64,000 nucleotides of DNA from Coniocarpon cinnabarinum (lineage: Eukaryota). The first letter of the stretch is position 1; every line of letters starts with the position of its first letter. This document shows positions 37,205-51,095 of the stretch, one piece after another. The notes beneath the pieces are model-generated. The model searched no databases and was not told the DNA's origin. It saw only the letters and a list, made by a program, of their open reading frames with translations. Location: NCBI GenBank assembly GCA_051942205.1, contig JAVECO010000015.1, forward strand, positions 62,001-126,000, read 5' to 3'. The position numbers were made by a program, and so were the translations under genes.

Positions 37205-38341
37205 GGTGAGCGTGTCGAGATTGTGGAAAGGTTAGCAAAGCCTGTTCGGTGGTTTCGGTGCTTCGCGAGATGAGCTGAAGAGGAACGTAAATCCTGCAGT
37301 GCTGGTGCGCAGGTTTGTGGGGGGAGCGTCAGAGCACGAAAGCGAGCTCAGACCGGACACCGCTTTGTGTGGGCGGGACCGCGGGTGGGTATGCTGGAGC
37401 AGAGGATATGAGCACTCGTGCAAGCGGAGCGTCCGGGTAGTTTGGGGGAAGGAAAGGCCGAAGCAGCTGGAGCTGGAGCACTTCGGCGTTGGTGGAGGAT
37501 ACGTAGCTCGGGGAGGCTACGGTCGGCGTCAGAGAAGAGACGCAAAAACGTGGTAGGGGCAGGAAGCAGCTGAGGAGAGCTACGGCCGCGCGGGCAAGGT
37601 CTGAGGTGGCCGTGTGGTGATGGTCCGACGTGTGGAGGAGAGAAAAGGCAATGGGACGGAGAGAGTGAGGTCTCCGAGGCGAGCGAGAGTTCTTGAAGGG
37701 TGAAGGAGCGCTGGGCCAGCTAAGTCGGTAGCTGGACAGGTAAGGTAGGTACCTGGGGCAGAGTACAGAGATAGCTGCATGCGGTGACGGAGATAGGGAG
37801 ATAGCAGGCCCATTCCTCAACGGGATCCCGCCAAGCCGCCAAACCCTCCGCGAGTCAGCCACCCGCCCCGCCCGCAGCTAGCGTGCTAGCTTCCAAAGGT
37901 ATTCTCTCTACCTTAATTTCACATTCACGTGAATCACATCCGCTCCACTCATTCCCACCGTCCCCCGAACCCGACACGTGCCCTGTCGATATGCAGGCCT
38001 GCACTGCCCGGTCCTGGCTCTTGTATACATCCACTTCCTACCTATACGCGACCTGACGCGAACAACACCGGCATCATTCTGGCACCTGGATAGGTATCAG
38101 ACGTTCATAGTACAGCTAGACAACATGCTACACACTTGCTTCCCCCGCCATCAGTACACGTACACGTACCCCAGCCCTCATCTCCAGTGGTCAAATGCCC
38201 CACGGCCCCTGCTGCTCTCGGCGCTGCGCATCGCTGTCCGCCAAGCAATGCCCAGCGCCATTCTTGCTCCTCAGAACGCCCTCACGCCCTGTCGTGACAC
38301 CTCCCTTCCCAGCCCTGAGTATTGCTTCCGCTCGTCCATCT

Positions 38342-41300
38342 TCAGAATGTGGAATACCCGGTGGGCTGCGGAGCCATGCCATTGGCCTGCCCAAACGGCG
38401 ATGCTGCTGCCCCTCCGCTGGCCGTAGGGCCTTGGGTCAGCATCAGCCGTGAGCCAAGAATCGGTGTCTCGTCTTCTTTCTTTTGCTGCGACGCCTCCCG
38501 CGCTTTGCGCTCCTCGTTGTCTCTCTTCAGCTCGCTGATCGTCACCGCCTGCTGGCTCATGAAGTTGATCATGAATGGCTACATCGACCTTGTCAGCGAA
38601 TGCCATTCTCCACATTCGAAATTTACTTACCATGGCGTAGTCATTGAGACCATGCCGCCAAGAAATTTCCATGACCACATGCAAAGGTATCAGGTCGTAG
38701 CAAGCATAGAGCATGCCCACGTAGCATTCGCGAGCGCCAATGTCCACAAACTACATGCTGGGTCAGCTCAAAGTTCTGAGACACAGAGCATCTTCCACTT
38801 ACGTAGCGTAAAAGCTCTTCTACTACCTCGCCTTTTCGTGAGATCGCGGCCGTCTCGATTGCATCTTTGTATAGTTTGTCCTGCTTCGATAGGGCAATCG
38901 ACTTCTCCCAACGCTTGTTCTTGCGGTACACAGTCGCTGCTATCTGCCGGAAGAAAACAAGCTCGTGCTTCTCCAAGCGCTGAGCGAGGTCCATTGGGTC
39001 GTAGTTGTCGTAGTTCTCAACAGAATCTCTCAACGTCTTGTAGTCTTCCTCTTCAATCAGGATATCGTGAATAGCCTTGTTCACAGCGCGCTTGTTCTGA
39101 GGCTGGACATTGAGCAAGAACGGCTTGATGAGAGGGATGTTGTCCGATTTCTCAAACATGCGAACCACGCGATTGGTGTCGATTCGTGGGGTCAGAACTT
39201 GCAGCAGATCGGTCAGGAGAGTTGGTTGCTCCTGCAGGTAGAAGTTGAGGGATCGGTAGTAGATTTCGAGATTGGCGACCTTGACGATGATGTCCTTGAA
39301 CGAATGGTGCTCCCATGAGGCGGCAGCTCGTTCCATCATTGCTAAAGCTGCATTGTCCCACTCGTCGTAGTGTGTGTACAAAAAGACGAGCTCGGGCCAG
39401 AGGTGAGCGTCTTCACAACCCTTGATCATTTTCGGGATGTTGATGCGCGACCAGAACAGCCTCAAATGCTCCATCACGCGCTCAGCGTGGTGTCTGGCTA
39501 GAGCCAAACCGAGCTCGGTGAACATGCCCATATGCGCGCGCTCAAGCCCAAGGCCAGCTTCAAGCAGAGCAATCAACTCATCAAAGTAGCCATTCCACTC
39601 GTACTGTTTGACCAAGTCTTGAAGCTCTTCGGCGTGAACAATGAGATTGAGACCACAAATCTGGGCAAGACGGAATTCTTTTTTGTCCACACAAGCCTCG
39701 TTGACTTGCCTCCATACTTTCGTACTATTGGCTTTCCGGGCGCACTCAACCGCAGCTTGATAGTCTTCCAGGTGAACCAGCGTGGTAGCGAGCTTGGCCC
39801 AGTTGGAAATACTGGTGAAGAAAATCTTTGCAGCCTCGTGGAAACCCTCTTCATAAGCTTTATCGCCTGAGGCTTCAACGTCCGCTACGTTGGCTCCTCG
39901 TAAGAACGACTCCAGTTCACTCAGCTGATTTGTCCTTGCATAGGCAAACGCAAGACCAGTATCGATTGGTGGTTCGCGCAACGTTTTGCGTGACATCTTG
40001 AGGAATTTGATGAGATCGTCGTCTTTCCCAGCATGCGTGGCAATTTCGATGACCTCAGCATAATTGCCAGGATCGCCTGCACGAATGTATGATTCAATGG
40101 CATCAGGGACGCGTAGTCCGTCAAGTTGAGCCTTGCCAACCTTGCTCCACACCTCTGGAGTATCCACGCGTTCAGCGTATTCCTGGGCCCGATCAATACT
40201 GACCACGTGATTGACGAGGACATCAGTTGCAGCAGCGTGATTCTCCTGTTTCTTGTAAATCTCAAAGGCTTCTTCGCCCATGCCAGCTTCGATGCAATTT
40301 TCGGCGATCTCGTCGGGATTGTAGGCTGACAGTTGCTGAATGTAATCCATCACTTTCGCCTTGTCCGTCTTGATTGCCGTGAGTATTAGCAGATTCTGAA
40401 GAATGGTGTTGTCGCTGAACGTCGTTGGCTCAAGAATGATCTTTTCGAGGAGCTCGATGAGTTCGGCAGGCAAGTCGTTGTCCATGAACGCTTTGACCGC
40501 AATAGATACTTTCTCAGGCTCCTGCGATTCTGGCACGGCAGTAGCAACGACTTGATCCACGAGTGACCTTCGGTGAACGTTATCTGCGTTAAGCACATAC
40601 GACCAGATCTCGGCGTCAGCACGCTCCAGTAGGTAACGCGCTTGTTGGCGAAACATGCTGTTCTCATTGGTGATGCTGATGAGCTCCAAGTCATTTTGAC
40701 CCTTGGTGAATGCGATGCATGCGAGACTTGGGTCTCGCTTCTCGCAGTACTTGCCAACGGTAAGTGAATCATAAAGATCGTTCTCCTTGAGGAATTTCTC
40801 AGGATTATTGTTGCTGTCGATGTAAATCTTGGCTAGCGCGTTGTACACAGCTTGCTGCTGGTTTCCAGATGCCAAAGTTGATTCAAGGAACGGAAGCAAA
40901 AGCTTCAATCGGTTTCGGCTCTCGACCTCTTGAACTAGGTCCTCAATCGGAATGGATTCGGGAGCAACAGATGCAAGCAATTCCTTGATGATACTCTCAT
41001 CGCAGTCGACGTCTAGTAAACCTCCAACGACTGCCGGGGTCCGAGACGGGTTTACTCGCTGGACGTACACCTCGATAGACTTGAATTGCTGGTTCTGGTA
41101 CAGATAGAGGACCAGGTCATGGATGAAATTGAATCGATCGCAGATGATAATCAGCGGGAGCTGCTCACTCAGCCGAGCTTCCTTCAAAAAGTTCTTCACC
41201 TTCTCGGGATCGATGAATGCTGATCCAATTGTCAGTTTTTGATATGATGCAAGAACATGACTCTTCCAGTTACACTTTATTCAACGCAAGAGGTTTATGC

Positions 41301-43706
41301 AGGGAGACAGGCAAAGCACGCAGACGCAGCAGGCAGGCAGGCAGGCAGGCATTGCGAATAATGAAGGAAAGGTTGGACTTACAGCTCTCTCGACATATGC
41401 GCTCAACTTCGTTCAACTGACCCATTGTTGTTGCTGCTTGGATGTACTTGAAGTGAACATCCTTATCCTCGCTCACGTTGACGATTCCACCGAGATAGAA
41501 ATAGAGACCTTCAGCGGTGCGGTACTTCTCGAGTAGCTCGATGATGTTGTTGGGGCCTAGCAGATCCGAGTACTTCTGGGCAATGCGGATGACACTCTGC
41601 AGGTTTTGACGAATGTTTTCTCTCAGCATCTCGTTCAAGCAGTCCAGTGATTGCTCCACAGAGAGCCGTCCAAAATAGTTGAGAAGCCATTCTTCTGAGA
41701 AATTTTCCGTGTGTACGATCACGCGCTTAATGGTAGCTGGATCGTCAGACAACTCGAGAGCTCGCGTTGCAAGACCCGCTTTCTCGCACAGCGCTGCAAT
41801 GCGACTCTTGTCGAAATGGTGGAACATGTCGTTGCCAAGAATGGCGTCAGCAACTTGTGGAGCGTGCTGCAAGTTCATCTCCAATAATCGCGTCTGAAGT
41901 TGGGCGTGTTCAGGCTGATCGGTGCTCAGCACGTCCAACAGGAAAGATGTGGCCTGCTGATACATTGCTTGTGAAGAGAATATATCGAACGCGCGTTCGA
42001 TATCTATGAGGGGACCATTCGGATCTTTGGCAAGACTTGATGCAAATTCAGCGCCTTTCTCCGGACTGATGCGAACAATGTGTTGAAAGAGCGAATTGTA
42101 GTCAGGACTGTATCCTGCTTGCTGAGCATATGGTTGTATGCGATCGAATTGACCTGTCTCCGCATATGCCGAAATAACTTTTTGCGGAACATTGGCTTTC
42201 TGATAGATCTGCAAAGCCAAGTTGATATCATGCATCCGAACCGCATCGCCCAGCTGCTCAGAGCAATCAAGTTTGTTCTCATTAAACCATTTCTCGAGAA
42301 GATGTTTTCGATTTTGCGCCAGGACGGGCCGGGCAAGCTCCAGAGTTTCGAACTTGTTCAGCGCACCTTTATCGAGCAGGACACTAAAGTACTGCAGGAT
42401 GACCGACATCTGACCTTGTTGTTGAGGGACGTTTTTGAGTTTTTCGATGGTCTCTGGTGTCCGCAGGAATCCACGTGGAGAGTTTGCGGCAATCTTTGCA
42501 GCTTCGCTGTACTGTCCAGAATTCCAGAGATTGTCGAAACGCTGTTGATAAAGATTGTCGGCGCCAGGCAATCCCGCTCTCGATGCAAGCTTGTAAGCCA
42601 ACTCTCCATTTGCTGGGTTGTTGAGCAAGTAGGGTATGACATTATCCTCGTCCACAGAAACGGAAAGCACCTGACCCTTGCGGTTGATGCCGACCATGCC
42701 CGCTGACTCTGAATCTGCGGTCGTGACAAATATGGTTTCGTTCGATATACGGTTCATGAAAAGGCAAGTCCCGCTTTCAATGTCGTAGAGATGTATGAAG
42801 CCGTACTTGGTGACAACGTACGCTACGCTGTACCGCTGCGATACCTGCAGAGCGACAGGAAAATCATTAGTCGCCTCCGGAGGGAAGTAAAGATCAACGG
42901 CCTTCTTCGGAAAGGTCGGGTTGTTGGTGTTGTGGTCGATCTCGACAACATGCAACTTTGCCCCGGTCGCGTTTCTCACGGCAAATGTGAACAGTTTTGT
43001 GTCTGCGGGCGCGCCTTCCAGTCTGATCGTCGCAAATGAAGCAGCGTGGCCCTCAATTGCTTGACTAATTCCACGCGCTTTGGAATAAAGTTGCATAGCA
43101 CCAACGACGCGGCCTTGTTGCTGCGAGATGCCTACGACAACCATCCAACTTTCGTCGTCATTAACGCGATAGTTGATAATTTGACAGTTCTACGAAGCTT
43201 TCATCAGTACGTCGTGCCTGCATAAGTGCTAATCGTTAACTCACTTCGAGATTGGCATTGCGCTCAAAGACTTTCTGGGGCTGCGCCTGGTTTGGGTCAA
43301 AGATATTCCAATGGTACACGCTGGTTTCCGTGACCAGACCCAGTGTGTTTTCATTGAAAAACTTCCAAAAGACCACGTCCTCGTTCATGGTAGTCGACTT
43401 CAACTTTTGCTTATTTGCCAGATCAAAGATCTGCAAGGTGCGCTGCTGCGCCTTAAGCGCGATGATGAGTTTATTCCAATGCATGATCGCGCTATCTGCT
43501 TTGATAGGCCGTCGGATGACATTGTTGCCATTCTTGAGCTCAATGATCACCACCTCCGGTGAAGCGTTTTCGTCAACCTTCTGCCGCACGCAGATGAAGT
43601 GGTCTGATTCTAAAGTGCAGGTATTGAAACCGATGGAGGTTGGAGCGATTTCATGTTGCGTGAGTTGCAATGGCTCCGTGAACCTGATCGGTAGTGGGCC
43701 CGACAT
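38342..43706 (-). CDS. CHC1: Clathrin heavy chain, 5 exons
   Basis: PLPIRFTEPLQL, RRPIKADSAIMH, GAMQLYSK, LERAHMGMFTEL and CHCR repeats. Introns near 43190-43245, 41216-41380, 38748-38801, 38580-38630. Confidence 0.98.
41329..41350. repeat. (GCAG)5.5 microsatellite in a CHC1 intron
   Basis: Read directly. Confidence 0.9.
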
Positions 43707-44755
43707 TGTAGGGGAGGTTGTGCGAGAGCATCAATGGGAATGCAACTGCCTGCACTGCTCGAGGGTTGACAGAGCGGAAGAGCGGGAGTGGCAGCAGAAG
43801 GCGTTGCTGGCAGGAAAAGCGGTTCAAAGGAGCGTCAAAGTATTACGAAGTAGTAAGTATTAAACGAGCTGCCAAACGCTCAGCAACGAGCAGAGTGACG
43901 AGAAGAAGCGGTGATTGCGAGAGAAGAGGAAGTTGATGCCCCTAAAATTATGGATGGAACGGAGCAAGCTGGAGTTTGGCTTCCAATTCTAGAGAAGAGG
44001 TCCGAGCTTTTCGGGTCAAAGCTCTACGTCTGTTGCCTGTATTCTAAGGCAGGTCCATAGAATGAAGATTGAGCCGCCGCCACAAAGCTCTTCATGATTA
44101 CTTGACAGAAAGACAAGCAGTGCTTAGAGGATTTTGTGGTCCGCTCAAAACATCTATGAAGTTTGGTGACCTAGGGGTCTAGATGAATCCAAGTTCGAGC
44201 GAGCGAAAGGGACCTGAACCAGGTCTTGCCTTTCACCATCCTCTTCCATCGTCGCCGTGGCTTTGACCTTGCTTCTGTTGCTTCATTTTCCCCTTTGAAA
44301 GTGTCTTTGTGTTAAACAGACATACATGTATACGAACAGATTCGCTATGACACTGTCCGGCAAATTACTGCATCTCCATCCATGGTCTAGGAAGGTGACG
44401 CACCCAGAACCCACCAGCGTTTTGATCTTCACTGAGCTGACGATTTTCGTTTTCATAGAGCCGAAGCCCTCAAATTGAAAATGCTTTTTTGTGTCAGTGT
44501 GAAAAAGCGTTGTTCATGAAGAAGAAGAGTTTAGGACGTAGCGCAAGAGGGAGATTTATCCCAGCGCTTAGTAAGCAGCCTTCACATGCACGCCCAGAAT
44601 GCACCAAACCCTTCTCAGCTGGCGCGTTCAGACACCAATACCCAATTGAGCACTGAACATCGGAAAGAATATTCAACACACGAAAATGCTTGCGGATGTG
44701 CTCTGACTTGATATAATTTGATATTGCGCAAGGCTTGTTTCAGTATCAAAGCACC

Positions 44756-46657
44756 ATGCCACAAACAGGTATGCTCCGCCAGAATGACAGTCGCACCCAA
44801 TGCCGTGGTCAACTAAACTTCCTCAGCCATCGTCTCAGTATATGATAAGACTGGCCTACTGGACCTAGTCAAAGGTCTCATCGATCATGACATCCGTGTC
44901 ATTGCATCTGGAGGCACAGCCAAGATGATTCGGGAAGCAAATTTCCCAGTTGAGGATGTCTCAACCATCACCAAATCTCCAGAGATGCTTGGTGGGCGTG
45001 TCAAAACTCTTCACCCCGCGGTGCATGGTGGCATTCTCGCTAGAGATGTTACGTCCGATGAGGAAGATTTGCAAAAGCAGACCATGAGCAAGATCGACTT
45101 TGTAGTGTGCAACCTGTATCCTTTTAGAGAAACCGTAGCAAAAATTGGCGTGACACTTGACGAAGCAATCGAGGAGATTGATGTCGGCGGCGTTACGCTT
45201 CTACGAGCGGCAGCCAAGAATCACAAACGTGTGACAGTGCTCAGTGATCCATCAGACTATCACAGCTTTCTGGGTGAACTGAACCGTGGCCGCATTTCCC
45301 AAGTAACGAGGAACGCTTTTGCATTGAAAGCGTTCGAGCAGACCGCCGACTATGACAGTGCCATTTCCAATTACTTCCGGAAACAGTATGCGGGAGAGGG
45401 GCAACAGCACATAAGCCTACGCTATGGCACGAATCCCCATCAGAAGCCTGCCTCGGCATTCTCTGAGGGACAACCACTGCCATTCAAGGTACTCGCCGGG
45501 GCACCAGGTTACGTCAATTTGTTGGACGCTCTGAACGCTTGGCCGTTGGTCAAGGAGCTGCGACGATCTCTAGAGTATCCTGCGGCTGCGAGCTTCAAGC
45601 ACGTGTCTCCCGCAGGGGCAGCCATTGGGGTGCCCCTAAGTGTTGTAGAAAGGAAGGTTTATATGGTCGACGACATCGACGGATTGGCAGAGTCAGGACT
45701 GGCTCAAGCATATGCTCGTGCTCGAGGAGCAGATCGCATGTCCAGTTTTGGCGATATCATCGCTCTTTCGGACGAAGTAGACACGCCAACGGCCAGGATC
45801 ATCTCCCGAGAAGTCTCTGACGGTATTATTGCGCCGAGCTTCCAGCCTGAAGCACTAGAAATACTTAGAAAGAAGAAGAGTGGCAAATACCTTGTCCTAC
45901 AAATGGACCCTAACTTCGAGCCGTCGCAGCAAGAAAGGCGTACCTTGTACGGAATTACCTTGGGTCAGCACCGGAATGATGTGGTCATATCGCCCAAGAG
46001 TACCTTCAGCACTATCGTCACCAAGAAAAGCGGTGGCTCACTGCCAGAGTCGGCGCTGCGGGACCTCACTGTTGCAACTATTGCTGTCAAATTCACCCAA
46101 TCGAATTCGGTTTGCTATGCGTTGAATGGACAGGTGATTGGTCTAGGCGCTGGTCAACAGAGCAGAATACATTGCACGCGCCTAGCAGGCGACAAGGCTG
46201 ACAACTGGTGGATGAGATTTCATGAGCGTGCTCTAAACCTCAATTGGAAAAAAGGCACCAAACGGCCAGAAAAGAGCAATGCCATTGACGTCCTTTGCGG
46301 CGGTCTAGTCCCAGCTTCCGGTCCAGAGCGGGAGGACTTTGAACGCAATTTTGATGAAGTTCCGGCAGTATTCACTCATGACGAGCGAGAAGCCTGGTTG
46401 AAGAATTTGAGCGAAGTCGCTGTGAGCAGTGATGCATTTGTGAGTAACAGCTTATCTTGTCTATCGTCAGGAACGAGAAAAGCAGCTAATTGAACCTACA
46501 GTTCCCCTTTATCGACAACGTTTTCAGGGCTGGACGATCAGGAGCGAAATACATCGCGGCTCCAACAGGTAGTCAAAATGATCAGGCAGTATTTGAGACT
46601 GCTGAGAAGCTGGGCATCACCTTCATTGAGCAACCTACTCGACTATTTCATCATTAG
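44756..46657 (+). CDS. ADE16/ADE17: Bifunctional AICAR transformylase/IMP cyclohydrolase (PurH), 3 exons
   Basis: [67 protein letters not shown] stop. Confidence 0.97.
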
Positions 46658-47050
46658 AGCCAATCGTGGGTCCTTAGTAGACGGAAGCAGAGCTTCGGGA
46701 CCAGCGGAGAAGAGCACAGGGCGTATGGATTATTGGACGTGGAAGCTGAGGTGTCACCAGCAAATGACGCCATGAACTAGGGAGGAATGAGGAACGCCAG
46801 CTCTAGACTTGTTGTCTCTGGTGGAACACCGATCACATGCAACAAGGACCACTTGAAATCTTTCATCAGCTTGTGGACCGTGCACGATGATCTCACGATC
46901 GGCGGTAGCTTTGATCCTGTCTCATTCAAAGCGGGCCCTGCCACTACTACTCTTCCCAAACTCTTTGATATCCACTCCTACACTCGACCACCATTGAATC
47001 TTTGAACTCCAATTCTTAGATTTGAACCTGGCCATTCTAGTTTCGAAACA

Positions 47051-47504
47051 ATGAATAGCTCATCAAACCAAACCAACTCGGCTACCCGCGGTGGTATGGG
47101 CACAGTCCCCACCCCAGCCAACTCTGGAGGCAGCGGCATCTTCGGATCAACCACTGTAGGCGCCACCCACGGCAGCGACAGCTCAGGATCCAGTGACAGT
47201 CCCAGTTCCGCTGGGTTTCGCCGCGTAAGTTGAATTTATAACAACGAAGCTACCGATGCACAAGCTCATCATCTGGCCGCAGCCATCCCAAGAATCAAGT
47301 CCCATGTTTGGAGGTCTCGCAAGTCTGAAAAGGGACTCCACCAACCCCGATCAGACTCAACGCCGTTCAAGTCTTGGGGAGCAGGCTCCTCAGCCGGGTA
47401 TCTTGGGTTCGATGTGGAAGAAGTATGTCCTAGCATCTGGGCTGTTGTGAATTTTGCTGACCAGATGACACAGCTACACCAAGGGCAACGACAATGGCCA
47501 GTAG
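47051..47504 (+). CDS. Small S/G-rich protein resembling fungal conidiation/stress-expressed small proteins, 3 exons
   Basis: gtaagt...gcag and gtatgt...acag introns join ...SAGFRR|PSQESSPMFGGLASLKR...RRSSLGEQAPQPGILGSMWKN|YTKGNDNGQ. Confidence 0.7.
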
Positions 47505-48471
47505 GCTAATCTTACATGTCTCATCACTATGGTTTCGTCAACGATGAAGCAGAGGCGCAGCCACGGCGTTTGACACGTCTTGAAGAGTGATTAAAGTTGC
47601 ACTAAGACATGGTGGCTCTCTACTCTTCGCGTGCGAGTGTACAGTACATTTGTTTACGACTTTCATACCACTTTCAAATATCATCCCAGTCAGATCTTGA
47701 CTACGCAAACCGAGTCATGCAAACTCTAGTTCCAATAGAGAATTTACTTTATAAGTACAGACACAAGTCGTTTCTGTTGCATGTCTTGTCCTGCCAAAGT
47801 AGCCCTTAGTCCATTTGCAGTGACCGTCCCCATCTCGTGAAATGCAAGTGGGGATCCACTATGAAGGGTAACTAGCTGTGTCGCTGATACTCTAAGGACA
47901 AGCAGAATGTGTGATGACTGACTTTGTATCTCAACTTCTAAATATCGCCGCTTCCAAGATACTGGGTATGCTATATAATTTGATCGCGGTGTCTTCAGTA
48001 ACTTCCGCTTTTTGTTGTAAAAGAACGCATCAGTTTTTTCCGACGGAATGAAATGCATGGTCATACACTCCAGAGTCAGCCTGGGTATCGATCTCGGAGT
48101 TGAGTCCGGCGGTGTTGATCCCACCGCCCCTGAAGCGAGACCTTAATGACGTTACCCTTTGTTCTAGGCGAGATCTCTGGATCAGATGGCCCGAACTTTA
48201 ACACTGCCCTTAATTGAGATGCCCTAGCAAACATTCTTCAATTCTTCCTGCTTGGAGCAAAAGGCCATACCTAGCTGCCATTTAATACGCCGCCTCAAGA
48301 CTTCATCAAGTTTCTGGGTCCTATTCTGTGTATCCGAACATCGGTCAAAGACCTTTTGAGCACCCACACGCGCCCCTCCTTTGAATAAAGGTGGTCCACG
48401 TTCCTTCGTACACTCCGTTCCTAACAGGACGAGCCCACCGTGTCCACTGCTGTTATATCCGGGACTTGACA

Positions 48472-48765
48472 ATGTCACGCGCCCGAACGCTAGCCATCGC
48501 AGCAGGCGGCCTTGGCGCTGTATATTTCGTTGGCACCCAACTGAATGATTTCAAAACGCCGGGAATTAGGAATATTGAGCGAAGGCATACGGCTGCTGGA
48601 GGAGCAGATACACATACGCCAGCGATCGGCAGTAAGATGGGGGATGAGGAGCACACAGCGGGCAGACAAGAGACGCAGAAAGGTACGGGATACCCTCCGT
48701 CTGGCCCCAAAAACATGTCCAAAGCACAAGCGAGTTTTGGCCATTCTGAACGAATGCTTTCATGA
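48472..48765 (+). CDS. Small hypothetical protein with an N-terminal TM or targeting segment
   Basis: acaATG context. MSRARTLAIAAGGLGAVYFVG..FKTPGIRNIERRHTAAGGADTHTPA. The 3' end is uncertain (possible intron). Confidence 0.6.
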   Translation: MSRARTLAIAAGGLGAVYFVGTQLNDFKTPGIRNIERRHTAAGGADTHTPAIGSKMGDEEHTAGRQETQKGTGYPPSGPKNMSKAQASFGHSERMLS

Positions 48766-49642
48766 CGAAGTCTACAGCAGCTTGCCGTTTGCATTCTGCT
48801 TGAACACCATTTCCAGTCATTGCTCTACACACAAGGTCTAACACGATAAAGCAGGGGTTGGCTCAAAGCACTTTGAGGAGACACACGGGGACACCAAACC
48901 CGAGGTAAGCTCATGTCGCGAGGCACTGTTTTGTGGCGAGGATGCCGTGACTTGATGCTAATTGGAATGCAGGCCTCCGAGCTGGGCAAAAAGTGGAATC
49001 GCACCATGCATGGAACCGACCAAGGGCGGGGCACGTCTATCCGATGAACAGCCTGGCGCTGCTTGAAACATGGCCAGAAGCGAGGATGGAGAATAAGATC
49101 ATGCGCCGGAGAGTGGCTTGCGCGGACAGTCTTGTCTGTCTTCAAAAGTGTAATACCTTCGACAACGCACACCAATTGTGGCCTTGTTTGATACCTCCGG
49201 ATGGGGGCCTGGCTCTAGCGTGCCTCGCATCTTCATTTGGTTATTCTCATCAAGACCTAGTGGTTCGCGAAAAATTGATTGAGCACAATCATCAAGTGAA
49301 GCATGGAAGGTCTCTATATCTAGAGGCCGTACCGAGGAGGCGGCGTTTTTGTGCATCAATTCCCAGAGACCCTGCCAAGGAATGGGCCATCCTTGAGGGT
49401 TTATTGGTGCTGGAGCTAATGCATGTCAGCTCCACTGCCCGCGTTGAATATTCGAGTGGCAGGTCGGCGAACTGAGCTCTTGCAACGCCCTTGCACTTCA
49501 CCGATTTGTCTCAATTGCTGTAAACAGGTGTACTCTTATACATCTACCCATGCGACACAATCGACAATCGACATTCCACCGCGTGCTTTCTTAAGCTTTT
49601 CGAGACAATACTCTTGCGCTGTGCTCAGTCTACACCTCCATA

Positions 49643-50203
49643 ATGTTCACCAGCTCGTCGCGCTCTCATCGCGACTCTCATTCGCATCATTCGCACGCTC
49701 GATCGCCTTACTCATCTTCTGCACGCCCGCAACATGCGCCACACTCAAAGTCATCTCCCACACTGGGCAGCAGTGCCTGGGTCCGCCCAGCGAGCACCTC
49801 GCACCGTTCCAAGTCGCCTTCTGGCTACACCACACGCTCCCTCGGCGGTGGCTCATCCTCGTACTCCTACACGCGCGCCAGGCCACGAAGCGGCTTCATC
49901 CAGCGCATGATACGCAAGATCCAACGGTACTTGAAGGAGCTCCTGCGGTACATTCGTCGACATCCCGTCAAGTTTATTCTGCCGATTGTGATGGCGTTGG
50001 CGAGTGGTGGTGCGCTGCAGCAGTTTGCGCGACGACTGGGCGTGCCGATTCCGCAGGCGTTCATGAAGCTGTTTGGGGCGGGACAGAGTGTGAGAGGGGG
50101 TTATGATGCTTGGTACGGCAGTCAAGAGGGATATGGGCGACGACCTGAGGGGCAGGGTGGTTTGGCTCGTGGCGTGATCAAGAGTTTGAGCATGTTTCTG
50201 TGA
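49643..50203 (+). CDS. Small S/H/R-rich hypothetical protein with an amphipathic/TM C-terminal part
   Basis: 186-aa ATG ORF containing RARPRSGFIQRM...RRHPVKFILPIVMALASGGAL. Confidence 0.75.
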   Translation: MFTSSSRSHRDSHSHHSHARSPYSSSARPQHAPHSKSSPTLGSSAWVRPASTSHRSKSPSGYTTRSLGGGSSSYSYTRARPRSGFIQRMIRKIQRYLKELLRYIRRHPVKFILPIVMALASGGALQQFARRLGVPIPQAFMKLFGAGQSVRGGYDAWYGSQEGYGRRPEGQGGLARGVIKSLSMFL

Positions 50204-51095
50204 TGCACGGCAAGAAGCAAACACCACGAATCCAGTATGAAACGCCCGACACTGAGGTCAGCTGGATGGCGTTAATTGCGAGCCCACGTTTGGCTTCACG
50301 AGGCCATCATACCCAATGAGCACCTCCAGGTCTTACGTTTTCCTGTTCCAAGATGAGGTCTATGATCAAGCGCAGGACTCAACATGACAAACCACACGAG
50401 GCCGTGCTTCAATTCGCATCAGGCTATCAGGTGACACTTCCGGGACATCAACCGGGCTTGACTACAACAGATGTCACCAACGGGCGCCTTTGCAGAGCCA
50501 TACTCTCAGCCTTACCCCAGCGCCCGTGCGCACGCATCAGCTCGTTTGGAAGCGCTGCTCTCGATCCCTCGCTTGTGCATCTGTTTCTCATTCTGGCCAG
50601 TTGGAACCATTTGGCTTTGAGAGAATAGTCAAGAATGATCAACCCTGCGCCCGACCACACGCGTGAATCAGCATCCCAATCTTCCGAATGAATGGGTTCG
50701 ATCCGCGGCATGCATAACCATCACAGCCCATCGAATGAGCCCGCTCTGTTCGTGGACTGTTTCTGTGAGTTCTCAATACCGAAGAGTCAGAAATGAGGTC
50801 TGTTCAATGGTCCAAGATTAATAGCTCTCTGATTGGTTTTGTGAGCGCGCCAGGCTGGTTCTCGTGCCAAGTGGCTAAGTAGCTCTTTAAAATGCTATTA
50901 GTGGCGTTGGTGGCATGAGGTTTACAGTATCTGTGAAAGCCATTCTCAAGCACAAAGCCAAGTCAGTCCAATCAACAGAGCAGGACCATTTCAAGCCCAT
51001 TGAAGAATCTAGCTTTAGGAAAGGAGCACAATCAATCCAGTGAAAAGTTTGTCATTGTCAGAAGATTTTGTAAAGAAAACAGGCAACACCAAAGT

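Noticed and set aside
37876..37891. Perfect inverted repeat agctagc-gt-gctagct upstream of PYC
   Set aside because: Too short to distinguish from chance, and no known motif could be assigned.
33527..43863. Many antisense and alternative-frame ORFs over PYC and CHC1
   Set aside because: Shadow ORFs caused by the codon bias of the real genes.
44224..44240. tcttgcctttcacca resembling U5 snRNA loop 1
   Set aside because: It mismatches the invariant GCCUUUUAC loop and has no closing stem.
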